DNA from: Mobula hypostoma
Lineage: Eukaryota
Length of the DNA: 64,000 bases
Assembly (NCBI RefSeq): GCF_963921235.1
Contig: NC_086097.1
Coordinates: forward strand, 225,372,001 to 225,436,000
Direction of reading: 5' to 3'
Shown: positions 25,340 to 37,527 of the stretch, in pieces
Layout: each line of letters opens with the position of its first letter
Position numbering within the stretch: the first letter of the stretch is position 1
Program-made: the position numbers and the translations under genes
Notes under the pieces: generated by a model
The model's database searches: none
Seen by the model: the letters and a program-made list of their open reading frames with translations, nothing else
What the model was told of the DNA's origin: nothing

Positions 25340-26386
25340 GTCACAAACCTCCATGCCACAAAGCACAGCAGTGCCTCCATGTTCTTAGAGGTTTGCAAAG
25401 ATTCGGCATGTTGTCTAAAACTTCGGCAAAGTTCTATAGATGTGTGGTGGACATTATATTGACATCATAACCTGCAAGGGGAACATCAGTGCCCTTGAGT
25501 GGAAAAAAATGGAGAAACTAGTGGATATAACCCAGACCATCACAGATAAAGATGAAGATCTCTCCACCATTGAGCACATTTACAAGGAACGCTGTTGCAG
25601 GAAAGCAGCAAACATCATCAAGGACCCCCACCATCCTGGCCATGCTCTCTTCTCACTGCTGCCATCCGGAAGGAGGTACAGGAGCCTCAGGTTCCACACA
25701 AACAAGAACAAAAATAGCTATTATCCCTCATCCAGCAGACTCTTGAATTAGAGAAGATAACTTTGCTCACCCCAGCACCGAGCTGATTCCACAACCTATA
25801 GACTCACTCTTAAGAACTCTATAGCCCGTGTTCTCGATAGTTATTGCTTTTTTTCTTCTTCTTTTTTTTGTATTTTCACAGTTTGCTGTCTTTTGCACAT
25901 TGGTTGTTTATCCTTCTCTGTCATGTGTGGTTTTTCATTGATCCTATTTTGTTTCTTTATATTTACTATGAATGCCCACAAGAAAATATATCTCAGGACA
26001 GTATATTGAAACATAGAAACATAGAAAATAGGTGCAGGAGTAAGCCATTCGGCCCTTCGAGCCTGCACCGCCATTCAGTATGATCATGGCTGATCATCCA
26101 ACTCAGAACCCTGTACCAGCCTTCCCCCCATACTCCCTGATCCCTTTAGCCACAAGGGCCATATCTAACTCCCTCTTAAATATAGCCAATGAACTGGCCT
26201 CAACTGTTTCCTGTGGCAGAGAATTCCACAGATTCACCACTCTCTGTGTGAAGAATTTTTTCCTAATCTCGGTTCTAAAAGGCTTCCCCTTTATCCTCAA
26301 ACTGTGACCCCTGATTCTGGACTTCCCCAACATCGGGAACAGACATATATGTATTTGATAATAAATTTCCTTTGAACTTTTGAACT
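25340..26386 (+). mobile_element. Rex1/Babar LINE 3' fragment whose tail is interrupted by a CR1 piece
   Basis: ORF 25440-25751 gives IIKDPHHPGHALFSLLPSGRRYRSL. The tail GATAATAAATT..TTTGAACTTTTGAAC resumes after 26341. Confidence 0.85.
26009..26341 (-). mobile_element. Young CR1 LINE 3' end (~330 bp)
   Basis: Near-identical (roughly 95% by eye) reverse complement of about 31945-32284. (CATAGAAA)n tail complement. Confidence 0.95.
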
Positions 26387-26387
26387 A

Positions 26388-27300
26388 TCTCATTGCTGTA
26401 CACCGACTCATCGTTTGTAAAGATTCAGCCAATACGATACTATTATCTGCAAACTTGTAGGTAGCATTGGAGCAAAATCTAGCCATGCAGTGATGACTTT
26501 CCAGAGAGGAGAATCAGGAGCTGAGGATTGAACCTTCTGGAGCACTAGATTTTTGAATAATTACAGCAGAGGCATTGCTGCCTATTCTTATCAATTGCTT
26601 GTTCCAGAAGTCAAAGATCCAGTTGCAGGAGGAGTCACTGACCCTCAGGATCCAGTTTGGCGATGAATTTGCTTTGAATGAGAGTATTAAAGCATAATTG
26701 TGGTCAATATGCAATAGTCTGATATAGTTTCCTTTAGTGTTCGGATTCCCCAGGTGCTCCAGGGATGAATGGAGGGCCGGGGAGATGGCATCTGCCATTC
26801 ATCTGTTTGGTAGTAGGTGAATTACAGTGGGTCGAAGTTGTCTGGAAAGCTGGAATTGATGTGCGCCATGACAAGCCTCTCAAAACATTTCATGCTTTGG
26901 TAGATGTCAGATCTACTGGGAGTAGTCATTAGGGCATGTTATCTTGTTTTTCTTGGGCACCAGGATGATAGTGCTCTTCTTCAAGCAGGAGGAAAGCACA
27001 GCCTGAAGCAGAAGAGGTTAAAAATGTCTGCAAATACCCTTACCAGCTGATGCACACAGGATCTAGGGGCACAGACAGGGACACTGCTTGGCCCTGATGC
27101 TTTCCATGAGTTCACCCTCATGAAGACTGATTTTCTGTCCGTCACATTGACTATAAATTCAGGTTCACTGGAGGTTGTCAGGTTTGTGATTAGATATCTG
27201 TTCCTTTCTGTTCAAAATGTTTATACAATATATTAAACTCATCAGAAAGGATGTGCTGCTGTCAGTGATGGTGCCAGTATTTTGTAACCCATTATAGTTT
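26388..27300 (-). mobile_element. Old Rex1/Babar LINE RT fragment
   Basis: ORF 26514-26798 gives DAISPALHSSLEHL..YIRLL..CNWIFDF..SSAPEGSILS. Confidence 0.75.
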
Positions 27301-27369
27301 GTCAGCTCTACCATAGCTGACAGCTGGACTGGGACTCGATTTTGGACTGGAACTATCTCTTAGCATCTC

Positions 27370-27770
27370 TGACATCTGGGTAGCCTCCAACCTGATGGCA
27401 TGAATATTGATTTCTCTTTTCCATTAAAAAATCACTCCCCCTCTCCTCTTCCTTGATTCCCCAATCTGGCCTTTTATCTCTTCTTAGCTGCCAATCACTT
27501 CCACACTTCCTTCCCTTTCTCCTACAGTCCACTCTCCTCTCCCATCAGATTCCTTCTTCTCCAGCCCTTTACCTTTCCCACCCATCTGCCTTCACCCATC
27601 ATCTTCCCGCTAGCCTCTTCCCTTTCCCCCTATATTTTTATTCTGGTGTCTTCCTCCTTCCTTTCCAGTCCTTAAGGTTCTTGGCGCGAAACATTGATTG
27701 TTTATTAATTTCCATAAGTACTGCCTTACCTGTTGAGTTCCTCCAGCATTCCATGTGTGTTATGTGGAAA
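27370..27770 (+). mobile_element. Penelope-like element 3' end (GIY-YIG C-terminal remnant plus pLTR)
   Basis: Encodes LGSLQPDGMNIDFS, then a pyrimidine-rich tract, a decayed hammerhead (CAGTCC..GAAACATTGA) and GAGTTCCTCCAGCAT. Confidence 0.75.
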
Positions 27771-27959
27771 ATTAGCTTCTTTCTTAACCTACTTACAATG
27801 TGATCTACATCCTTTTAAATAAGTTAATCCCTCATCCATTAATGGTTATCACTTTGACAAAATCTCTAATTCTATCTATTTCTCATGCTCCAGTCCTCAT
27901 GGATACCATCCACTCTTCCATATTCTCTTGCTTCAGTATCTCAAGATCACCCCAAAATA

Positions 27960-28506
27960 TGATGGTGATAATGGCTGGCTCTTCACTTGTGAGGGAACTC
28001 CATCACTGTAGGCTGTTGCTTCCCGCCTGCGCTGTGTGGGTTTATAATGAGGATCGGTGCGTGTGGTTCCATGTTTTAGGCTGGGGAATGTTCCACAATG
28101 GCAAGGAAAGCCTTAGTGACTGCGGCTACCACAAGGCTGTAGGTTGAGTATCGGAGTTTTCCTGGACAGACTGCCCGGCAAGGTTAATGAGTCCCATCTA
28201 CCCGGGTTTGGAATCCAAATTGTCCTTCTCCTAGGCTGGCTGCCAACCAAGGCTGATGAGCCCAGCCTGCCCGCCCGGTTATACCACTGAACTCACGGCT
28301 GCGCCATCGCATGGCAAACTCAGTAAGAACAGGGACACCACGTGAAGGTGTTGCTATGGGCACAGTAGTGTAGGAGAGGACATATGTGAGTGACCTCCTA
28401 CATGGCAAGCCAAACAGTGGTCCTGCAGCGATCACTACACCTGGAAAGGAGAGGCTTCACTTTCCTTACGTGAGAAGGACGTCCAGCCCAGTACTCTCCC
28501 GACCCC
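27960..28506 (-). mobile_element. Non-autonomous RTE-type short element with an HDV-like ribozyme fold at its 5' end (family B)
   Basis: TSD ACCCCAAAATA (27949-27959) / ACCTCAAAATA (28507-28517). Carries a duplicated RTE 5'UTR-type motif GGGCTCATCAGCCTTGG..GGCAG..GGAGAAGG and an (ATC)-like tail. Confidence 0.8.
28310..28506 (-). ncRNA. HDV/CPEB3-like self-cleaving ribozyme relic (no P4, long J1/2)
   Basis: Minus strand: P1 GGGGTC / GTCCCT (G.U at the cleavage site, one mismatch); P2 CATAGCAAC / GTTTGCCATG; P3 ACC / GGT; L3 TTCACGT; GT after P1; J4/2 ACTGA with the putative catalytic C at 28323. Confidence 0.7.
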
Positions 28507-29539
28507 ACCTCAAAATACAGTGATAAAGTAATATCGTACAATAAAATCATGATATTCAGCAGAAGAATTTCCTCCAGTGCCTATTGTGGTTAATAGCAGC
28601 ATTTGACAGGAAAAGGCTATGCTTTTTAAACACCCAGTTCATATTGTACATCGTGCAGTAATTGCGATAGCATTGGTGGGGATATGAATGAAGGCTGTGA
28701 GCTATTATGCATCAACAAAACAACAGCATACATGCAGTATGTTCCATTTCCAAGCATCGAATATACAACAAGATGGTCTGAACTAAAATTCGGCCTGAGT
28801 TGAGTTTTAAGGAAGATCTTAAATTAGGAGACTGAGATTGAGATAAGGGGGGTTTAGAAAATGCGTGCAGTATGTAAAGATGGGATGAAAAGCTTTTTTA
28901 TCACTTTACATTGGTTAAAAAAAACTCCAGCACTGCTGCAAAACCTGATGATGAACAGAATAGCTGGTGAAATCCATTGAGATGAGAAATAAGAAATAGC
29001 TTCACATGAAGATGAAATGTGGTTTAGTTAATCTCAGACTATTTAATAAAAATATGAGTTACAAATAATTGAATACTGGAATGAGCCTAAAGGCTAAAAT
29101 CTAATCAATGAGTTCAAGTGTCATCATAAAGCACGAAGAGGAGTTGGCACGTTTAACCATCATTCTGACCTAAGATTCGATTACAGTCTTGAATGTGTTT
29201 CCTTGGTATCTTTAAATTCTCTTATTCCCAGTCTGATAACCTCTGAAGTTCATAGAAGCACAGAATGGTTGCAGCATGGGTAGATACCATTCAGAGCAAT
29301 CCTTTGCCTTCCACCTCCCCTCACTGCAGAGCCCTGCAAATTATTTCCTGTGGATAATAATCCAATTCAACTTGAAAGCCGTAATTCTACCTGTTGCCAC
29401 TACCATACTTGATATTACATGTCAGACCCAGAACAAGCAGCATGTAACAAGATTTCTACCTTTCAGAAGACAAGTTTCGCAAATGAATAAATAGACTATT
29501 CAATAGATAGATAGGTAGATAGATTGATTTAACACTGAA

Positions 29540-29820
29540 CCGATCACTGAACACGACCTGCAGACTCACTTTCAAGGACTCTGCAACCCATGTTCTCAGT
29601 ACTATTTATTTATTTATTAGTTCATTTTCAAACATTTAAAAAAATATATTTGTATGGTTTATCTTCTTTTGCACACCGGTTGTTTGTTAGCCTTTGTGTG
29701 TAGTTTTTCGTTGATTTTATTGTATAGTTGAATGCCTGCAGGAGAACAAATTTCAGGATAGTACATGGTGACATATATGTACTTTGATAATAAATTTACT
29801 TTGAACTTTGAACTTGAACT
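29540..29820 (+). mobile_element. Rex1/Babar LINE 3'UTR/tail fragment
   Basis: Matches the 25790-26386 3'UTR and ends GTACTTTGATAATAAATTTACTTTGAACTTTGAAC. Confidence 0.8.
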
Positions 29821-29946
29821 TCCCAGTCCAAGCCATAAAACGTAAAACATAGAAGACTTCTGATGTCATTATTGAGAACAATCACAGTGATGTGAAAGGT
29901 TTTACATGTCTGAGAACATAGGAAGAGGAATTGATGATTAGCTAAA

Positions 29947-32580
29947 TTCTTCTTCTTCTTCTTATCGTGTCCATGGACAGTCTATATATGGCCCAGCCAG
30001 AACTGGACACATTTTTGTGCCTTGTTGTTGAATTTGGCAAGATCTGCAACAGTACGAGGTTCCTCTAGCGATGGGCATTGCAGGAGATATTGCAGAGTTT
30101 GTGGCTCAGTTCCACATTCACAAGTTGTCGGGCTGGTTGTATATCCCCGTTTGCTTAGTGACACCTTTGAACAACCTACACCAGTCTTAAGTCTGTTAAG
30201 GCATTTCCAGGTTGCCCAGTTGCAATTAGCTTCTGGGGGAAGGCTTTCACCCGGTGGAATTTCCATCGTTGCGGGTCGTTTGAGACTGGCGAGCCAGTCT
30301 TTCCACAAGGTGATGTGGGCTTCAGATGTGGTTGATTGTAATGGAACAACACTGTTCATGAAGCTCTTCCTTGACTTTAGGTGGCTGGGTGTAGGTGTAT
30401 GACCATGTAGGGGATGTTTGACAGAGTTGTTCTTTCTGGCTGGCTACCATCCTTCTTATATCAGGGGGAACGATACCCACCAGGATATATAGGCTGTTGG
30501 TGTTTGTTGGTTTTAAGCAACCTGTGATAAGTCGGCAGCTTGCATTCAGAACAGCATCGATCTCGTTAGCATGAGTAGATCTTTCCCATGCAGGGCAGGC
30601 ATATTCGGTAGTGGAATAACAAAGAGCAAGTGCACTGGTTCGCAATGTCTTAGGGAAGTGGTGTTGGGTAAATTGAAGGGATTAAAGGCAGATAAATCCC
30701 CAGGGCCAGATGGTCTGCATCCCAGAGTGCTTAAGGAAGTAGCCCAAGAAATAGTGGATGCATTAGTGATAATTTTTCAAAACTCGTTAGATTCTGGACT
30801 AGTTCCTGAGGATTGGAGTGTGGCTAATGTAACCCCACTTTTTTAAAAAGGAGGGAGAGAGAAACCAGGGAATTATAGACCAGTTAGCCTAACGTCGGTG
30901 GTGGGGAAACTGCTGGAGTCAGTTATCAAAGATGTGATAACAGCACATTTGGAAAGTGGTGAAATCATCGGACAAAGTCAGCATGGATTTGTGAAAGGAA
31001 AATCATGTCTGAAGAATCTCATAGAATTTTTTGAGGATGTAACTAGTAGAGTGGATAGGGGAGAACCAGTGGATGTGGTATATTTGGATTTTCAAAGGGC
31101 TTTTGACAAGGTCCCACACAGGAGATTAGTGTGCAAATTTAAAGCACACGGTATTGGGGGTAAGGTATTGATGTGGATAGAGAATTGGTTAGCAGACAGA
31201 AAGCAAAGAGTGGGAATAAATGGGACCTTTTCAGAATGGCAGGCAGTGACTAGTGGGGTACCGCAAGGCTCAGTGCTTGGACCCCAATTGTTTACAATAT
31301 ATATTAATGACTTGGATGAGGGAATTAAATGCAGCATCTCCAAGTTTGCGGATGACACGAAGCTGGGTGGCAGTGTTAGCTGTGAGGAGGATGCTAAGAG
31401 GATGCAGGGTGACTTGGATAGGTTGGGTGAGTGGGCAAATTCATGACAGATGCAATTTAATGTGGATAAATGTGAAGTTATCCACTTTGGTGGCAAAAAT
31501 AGGAAAACAGATTATTATCTGAATGGTGGCCGATTAGGAAAAGGGGAGGTGCAACGAGACCTGGGTGTCATTATACACCAGTCATTGAAAGTGGGAATGC
31601 AGGTACAGCAGGCGGTGAAAAAGGCGAATGGTATGCTGGCATTTATAGCGAGAGGATTCAAGTACAGGAGCAGGGAGGTACTACTGCAGTTGTACAAGGC
31701 CTTGGTGAGACCACACCTGGAGTATTGTGTGCAGTTTTGGTCCCCTAATCTGAGGAAAGACATCCTTGCCATAGAAGGAGTACAAAGAAGGTTCACCAGA
31801 TTGATTCCTGGGATGGCAGGACTTTCATATGAAGAAAGACTGGATGAACTGGGCTTGTACTCGTTGGAATTTAGAAGATTGAGGGGGGATCTGATTGAAA
31901 CGTATAAAATCCTAAAGGGATTGGACAGGCTAGATGCAGGAAGATTGTTCCCGATGTTGGGGAAGTCCAGAACAAGGAGTCACAGTTTGAGGATAAAGGG
32001 GAAGCCTTTTAGGACCGAGATTAGGAAAAACTTCTTCACACAGAGAGTGGTGAATCTGTGGAATTCTCTGCCACAGGAAACAGTTGAGGCCAGTTCATTG
32101 ACTATATTTAAGAGGGAGTTAGATATGGCCCCTGTGGCTATGGGGGTCAGGGGGTATGGAGGGAAGGCTGGTGCAGGGTTCTGAGTTGGATGATCAGCCA
32201 TGATCATAATAAATGGCGGTGCAGGCTCGAAGGGCCGAATGGCCTACTCCTGCACCTATTTTCTATGTTTCTATGTTTCTATGTCTTTGAGCTTGCTCCC
32301 CATTTTGTGTTAATGAGCTTATTCAGGATGTTGTTTCGTGTGCTCACTTTTGTCTTTGTCTTATTGATGTGGTTCTTGAAAGTGAGGCATCTGTCAAGGG
32401 TGACTCCTAAGTCGATAGGGTGCTGGCAATGTGTCAGCGTTGCTCCACACCAGGTTACTTTAAGCTGTCGTTTGGCTTCACGGTTCCTGAGGTGGAATGC
32501 ACAAACTTGCGTCTTTGATGGGTTTGCGTGGAGGTAGTTTTCTTTATAGTAGGATGCTAGTCCCTCCAAGGTAGAAGCGT
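29947..32580 (-). mobile_element. Vingi (ingi-related) LINE, 5'-truncated, split by a CR1 insertion
   Basis: Minus ORFs give ANPSKTQVCAFHLRNREAKRQL..LGVTLDR..KWGASSKT / LRTSALALCYS..LITGCLKPT..PPDIRR / WATWKCLNRLKTGVG..CECG..QTLQYLLQC. The 3' end is GGACACGAT(AAG)n. The family assignment is from recalled Vingi protein motifs. Confidence 0.8.
30652..32284 (+). mobile_element. Young 5'-truncated CR1 LINE (ORF2 RT domain to 3' tail) with two nonsense codons
   Basis: Single frame across 30652-32184 with [38 protein letters not shown] and KFADDTKL. In-frame stops at 30844-30846 and 31444-31446. (TTTCTATG)n tail, with ATGTCTT duplicated at 30645-30651 and 32281-32287. Confidence 0.97.
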
Positions 32581-32999
32581 TCATGTCATGGCCCTGTTTC
32601 AACCAATTCTACCACCATCACGCGTAGAAAGTAGTGTATTCAACATTTTTGTACCATTAGCTGCATTGAGTTACTGTAATCCATTATGTTGGGCATCATG
32701 TCATTCACATTCAATCTAAAGTTTGATCCTTGAGGTGAGGGGTAATGTTCTCACTCCGTTCTCCCTGTAAGGAGCTCATTGCTTATTGGAGATGGCCCAA
32801 TGCTAATTTTAAAAATCGTTCATGCAAAGTGTTGGCAACATCTCCAAAATGGGTCATGGCAGAGCATAGTTCTTTAAAGAATAATTTAAAACTTCTCCAA
32901 ACAGGAATCTGCATTCTCTTTAAACAACTCAATTTTTGAACAGTTGCCCAATTGTTGTCAGTTCACGACTTCAGATCTGAACTTGGTTACTGCAGCTTC

Positions 33000-33140
33000 T
33001 AATCTAGTTCAGCATATTAGTGCATTGACTGAATGCTGTATTACTGTCAGTGCTCCGTTTCAGATGAAACATTAAATCAAAGCCTTCCTGCTTAGTTGAC
33101 TATCAATACTTCTTGAAGACGTGCAGTGAATTCTCTCACT
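33000..33140 (+). mobile_element. Ancient Deu-domain SINE remnant
   Basis: GAATGCTGTATTACTGTCAGTGCTCCGTTTCAGATGAAACATTAAATCAAAG resembles the recalled Deu-SINE core. Heavily diverged. Confidence 0.45.
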
Positions 33141-33169
33141 CTGAAAGAACTTTAAAAAGATTTAGTGGA

Positions 33170-34320
33170 GACACATGATAATGTAATTGCTGGTGTCTGC
33201 AGCAAAATAAAACAAGCAACTGGAGAAAACCTAATGGGCTGAGCCGCATCTGTAGAGGAAAATGGGCCTCAAGACTGGAAGGGTAGAGGGCAGACAGCAA
33301 CCACAGAGGTCGAGAGGGAAGGGTGCGGAAAGAGCTGGCAAGCGATGGGTTGGGTGGATCCAGGTGAGGAGAGGTTGGCAGATGGAGTCAAGTGGTGGGT
33401 GTGAGGAAGGGTGGAGATTGCATTAAAAGCTTGAAGTTGATAAGAAAGAAAGCCTCGGTGGAACTAAATAATGAAGAGACGGTGAGCAGATGGCAACAGT
33501 TGGGGAGATGGGGATGGGTCCAGAGAGGGACCTAATGGGAAGAGTGTGTTGGAGACTGGCAGATGGAGTAAACGGGGGTGGGGAAAGTAATCGGGAGCGT
33601 GGTGTTGGATTGGTAAGACTTGGATGAGTGAGAAGGCTGGGAAAGATCAGAGGTTGAGAAAAAGGGGCAAGGGGGGAGGGTGTTACCTGAAGTTGGGGAA
33701 TTTGATGTTCATGCCATTGTGCTGTAAACTACCTGGATGGGATATGGGATTTTTCTAGTTTGTGTTTAACTTTGCCCAAGCAGTGGGATGAAGTCAAGGA
33801 TACATAGGTTGGTGTGGGAATGGGAAGAGGGATTGAAATGGCTTGGAACTAGGAACTCCAGATGACTATGGCAGATGGAGCACAGGTACTAGGCATATCA
33901 GTTGCCTCATCTGTACTTGAACTCTGCCCTTCAACCCCACATTCCTACACTAGTTCCCCTCCACCCATGCTGTCCCCATCTTCCCACTGTCCCTCCATTA
34001 TTTTGTTTCTTTTCATTCTTTCTTATCAGGTTCCACAATCTGCAGCCCTTTATTGTTTGCATTTATCACTTCACAGCCTCTAGTGCTCTGTCCACCCTTC
34101 CCTCCCCCACCTGACTCCATTTATCCACCAGCCCTCCTCATTTGTGTTCACCTATCACCAGTCAGCTCTCAGCTTTTCCTCACCTTTTTTTACCGACTAT
34201 TTCCTCTCTGCTTCTTCACTCAACATGCAGGTTTTATCCCGAAATATCGACTATCCCCTTCCCTCTCTGGATATTGGCTGGCCCGCTGAGTTCCTCCAGC
34301 AGCTGGTTTCTCCAGCTCCA
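33170..34320. mobile_element. Old Penelope-like element in inverted (minus then plus) arrangement
   Basis: 33170-33890 is a minus-strand pLTR with a purine-rich tract and GIY-YIG C-terminal remnant. 33900-34320 is a plus-strand pyrimidine-rich tract with a decayed hammerhead (CCCGAAATATCGACT) and GCTGAGTTCCTCCAGC. Confidence 0.7.
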
Positions 34321-34849
34321 AAAATGAATCATGTATCGTCATTGATTGGTCAACTGTATCCAGATCCTCACAACATCGGCGCACAAATTGCTAAATCTGA
34401 CTACTGTACATTTACTATCATTGAATGGGATTGATTTCTTCCAAAGAGCTTTGTAACGTCCTGGAGGTGTGAAGAGGTGAGAAGTAAATACAATATTTTT
34501 CCTCCCACCTTTGAGTGTATTCGTCACATATGGATTCTATGTTCTTGCACAGTTTCCCATGGTTTTCTCTACTTGGATGCACTTCCAATAATGCACTTTT
34601 AATGTTATTCCTATTATTTTTTGTTAAAAGAGTATTTAAGAGTGGAAGCTTTGGAAAACAGCATTTTCTGCATTTTTCTGGTTTCCATGGATTAGAGATC
34701 AAGATTAACTCTAATAGTCATGTGTACATCAAAGCGTACTGTGACATGTGTTGTTTGCATCAATGACAAACACAATCTGAGTTTGTGCTGCAGGGTGCCC
34801 ACAAGTGTCACCACACCTTCAGTGTGAGCATAGCTTTCCCAAGAGACAT

Positions 34850-36462
34850 GCTATGGATGTGATTTGAGGTGAGGACCTCGATACAATTTCTTTCAGTAAG
34901 GAACTAGTGAACTGGACGGTCTAAAGATAGACATGTCACTTGGTCCTGATGGGATGCATCCCAAAGTACCGAAATAAATGCTAGAGGTTATAGTAGATGC
35001 ATTTTTGACAATATACCAAAACTTTCTGAAGTCTGGACAAGTCACAATGGATTGGAAGACAGCAAATCTCATGCCACTGTTTAAAAAAGGATGTAGTTAA
35101 AAGGCAGCTAACTATAGGCTATTTACTTTAGGCGTCTATAGTCAGAAGAATCCTTGAAGCTATCATTAAGGAAGAAATAGCAAGGCATCTGATTAGAAGT
35201 GGTCCTGTTCATCAGGCCAACAACCATGGATTCATGAAGGACATGTCCTGTTTGACAAATTGCAGTATTTTGCAGATATGATGAGCATGGTAGATAGAGG
35301 GAAACAGGAGGATATTGTATACTTGGACTTCCAAAGGTATTTGATAAGGTGCCATATAAAAGACTTAACCATAAGGCAAGGGTGTATGGTGTCAGGGGCA
35401 ATGTATTAGCACGGAGAGAAGATTGGTTAAGCAACAGGAGGCAGAGTTGGGATAAATGGGTGTTTCTCTGGCTGGGGGTCAGTAGTGGGTGGAGTGCTGC
35501 AATGGTCAGTGCTGGGACCACAACTGTTCATGATACACATTAATGCCTCGGGAGAGAGGACTGAGTGTAGCGTATCTAAGTTTGCCGATGACACTAAATT
35601 GGGTGGAAAAGCCACGTCTGCCATGCGATATAGATGAGTTAAGTGAGCAGATGAAGAACGACATTGGTAAATGCGAGGTCATACACTTTGGAAGAAAAAA
35701 AAATAAAAGATCAGATCATTATTTAAATACTAAAATCAGTTTATTATTTAAATGGTAAAGGATGGCAGCATGGTGCTGTACAAAGTGATTTGGGGGTGCT
35801 TGTGCATGAGTTGCTGATGTAACAGGTTATCAGGAAGGCAAGTGGAATGTTGGTCATTTCTGGAGAGATTGAATTTAAGAGCAGGGAGGTTTTGCCACAA
35901 CTGTATAGCATCTGGTGAGAATACACCTGGAGTACTGTACGCAATCCTGCTTTTCTTACATGAGGAAAAATAAACTGACTTTGGAGGCCTTGCAGAGGAG
36001 GTTCAGCAGGTTCATTCTGGAGCTGAGGGAGGTAAGCTTATGTGGAGAAATTGAGTCACCTGGGACAGTAATCTCTGGAATTAAGAATGAGAGGGATCTA
36101 GAAAAAAATTGTGAAAAGGATTGATAAGACAACGGCAGGGAAAGTTGAATCCACTGGTAACTGAGACTGGAACTAGAGGACATGGTCTCAAGTTTCAGGG
36201 AAATAAATTTAGAACGGAGATGTGGAGAAATTGCTTTTCCCAGAGAGTAGTGAATTTGGAATTCTCTGCCCAAGAAAGCAGTAGAGACTACCCCTCTAAA
36301 TACATTTAAAAGACATTTGGATCTACTTTTGCATAGCAGGGGAATAAAGGGTGATGGGGAAAAGGCGGGTAGGTGTAGCCAAGTCTATGGGGCCAGATCA
36401 GCTATGATCTTGCTGAATGGTGGAGCAACTTTGACAGGCCAGATTCCTGTTCCTAGTTCTTA
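34850..36462 (+). mobile_element. Old frameshifted CR1 LINE (RT to 3'UTR)
   Basis: Colinear but degraded homolog of 30652-32284 (AAGTTTGCCGATGACACTAAATTGGG = [28 protein letters not shown]). Confidence 0.9.
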
Positions 36463-36599
36463 CATTCATATCTTTCACAGCATGATAATTTGCTTGAATC
36501 TATTACTAAAATGCCCGAATCTTTGCAAAAATGCAGTTCGGGTGGTGTATTTTAGTACAGGAGTACTATTTTATTTATTTATTTATTTTTATTGAATAG

Positions 36600-36840
36600 C
36601 ATGGAACATATTATTGAAAAATGTGGAATAGGCCCTTCCAGCTCTTCAAGCCTCACTGCCCAGCAGTCCCTCAATTTAATCCTAACCTAATCATAGAACA
36701 GTTTACCCTACCATCCAGTGTGCCTTTGGACGATGGTAGCAAATCGGATCACCTGGAGGAAACCTACAAGGTCATGAGGAAAATGTACAAACTCCTGACA
36801 GGCAGCAGTGGGAATTGAACCCATGTCACTGGTACTATAA
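36600..36840 (-). mobile_element. V-domain tRNA SINE (HE1-like)
   Basis: Reverse complement of the V-domain (GGAGTTTGTACATTTTCCTCATGACC..GGTTTCCTCCAGGTG) and a B-box complement GGGAATTGAACCC. Confidence 0.7.
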
Positions 36841-37164
36841 GACATCCTGAATCATCGAGTGTGCGTCTTTAGGCTCCTGTACCTCCTCCCTAATGGTAGC
36901 AAGGAGAAGAGGGCATGTTCCGGGTGATAGGTACATGTTCCAATGGACTACTCCAATAGAATAGTGTAGAATCCAGAATATAGGAAAAGGAAGAATTCAG
37001 TCTGTTTGGCATGAAACAGACAAAACACCAGACTGAATTCTTTCTTTCCTGTATGACCTGGAGTCTACGCTGTTCTCTTGGATTTTCTCTCCTGCAAGTT
37101 CTTCGCTGTGACCTTAGCTCAAATAATCAGTTTCTCCTTTAAGCCAAGTATTCTTTATTCTTTC

Positions 37165-37485
37165 ATTCGATCACCACCCAGGACATGCCCTCTTCCACTG
37201 TTACTGTTGGGAAGGAGGTACAGAAGCCTGAAGGCGGACACTCAGTGATTCAGGAACATCTTCTTCCCCTCTGCAATTCGATTTCTAAGTAGACATTGAA
37301 CCCATGAACACTACTTCACTACTTTACTTATTTTAACTTAACTATTTAATAGACATATACAGTATATACTTAAGGTAACTCAGTTTTTTCCTCTATATTT
37401 ATTTATCATGTATTTCATTGAACTGCTGCCACAAAGTTAACAAATTTCACGAGGTGCCAGTGATATTAAATCTGATTCTGATTCA
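37165..37485 (+). mobile_element. Rex1/Babar LINE 3' fragment
   Basis: GGAAGGAGGTACAGAAGCCTGAAGG..CAAATTTCACG..TAAATCTGATTCTGATTC, as at 44260-45056. Confidence 0.8.
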
Positions 37486-37527
37486 TTTCAGCAATAGACT
37501 GGACAGTATGTTCTCATCTCCCATTGA

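Noticed and set aside
30571..32184. RT ORFs as a functional or domesticated gene
   Set aside because: This is a 5'-truncated CR1 with two in-frame stops and no endonuclease domain. The apparent N-terminus is antisense Vingi sequence.
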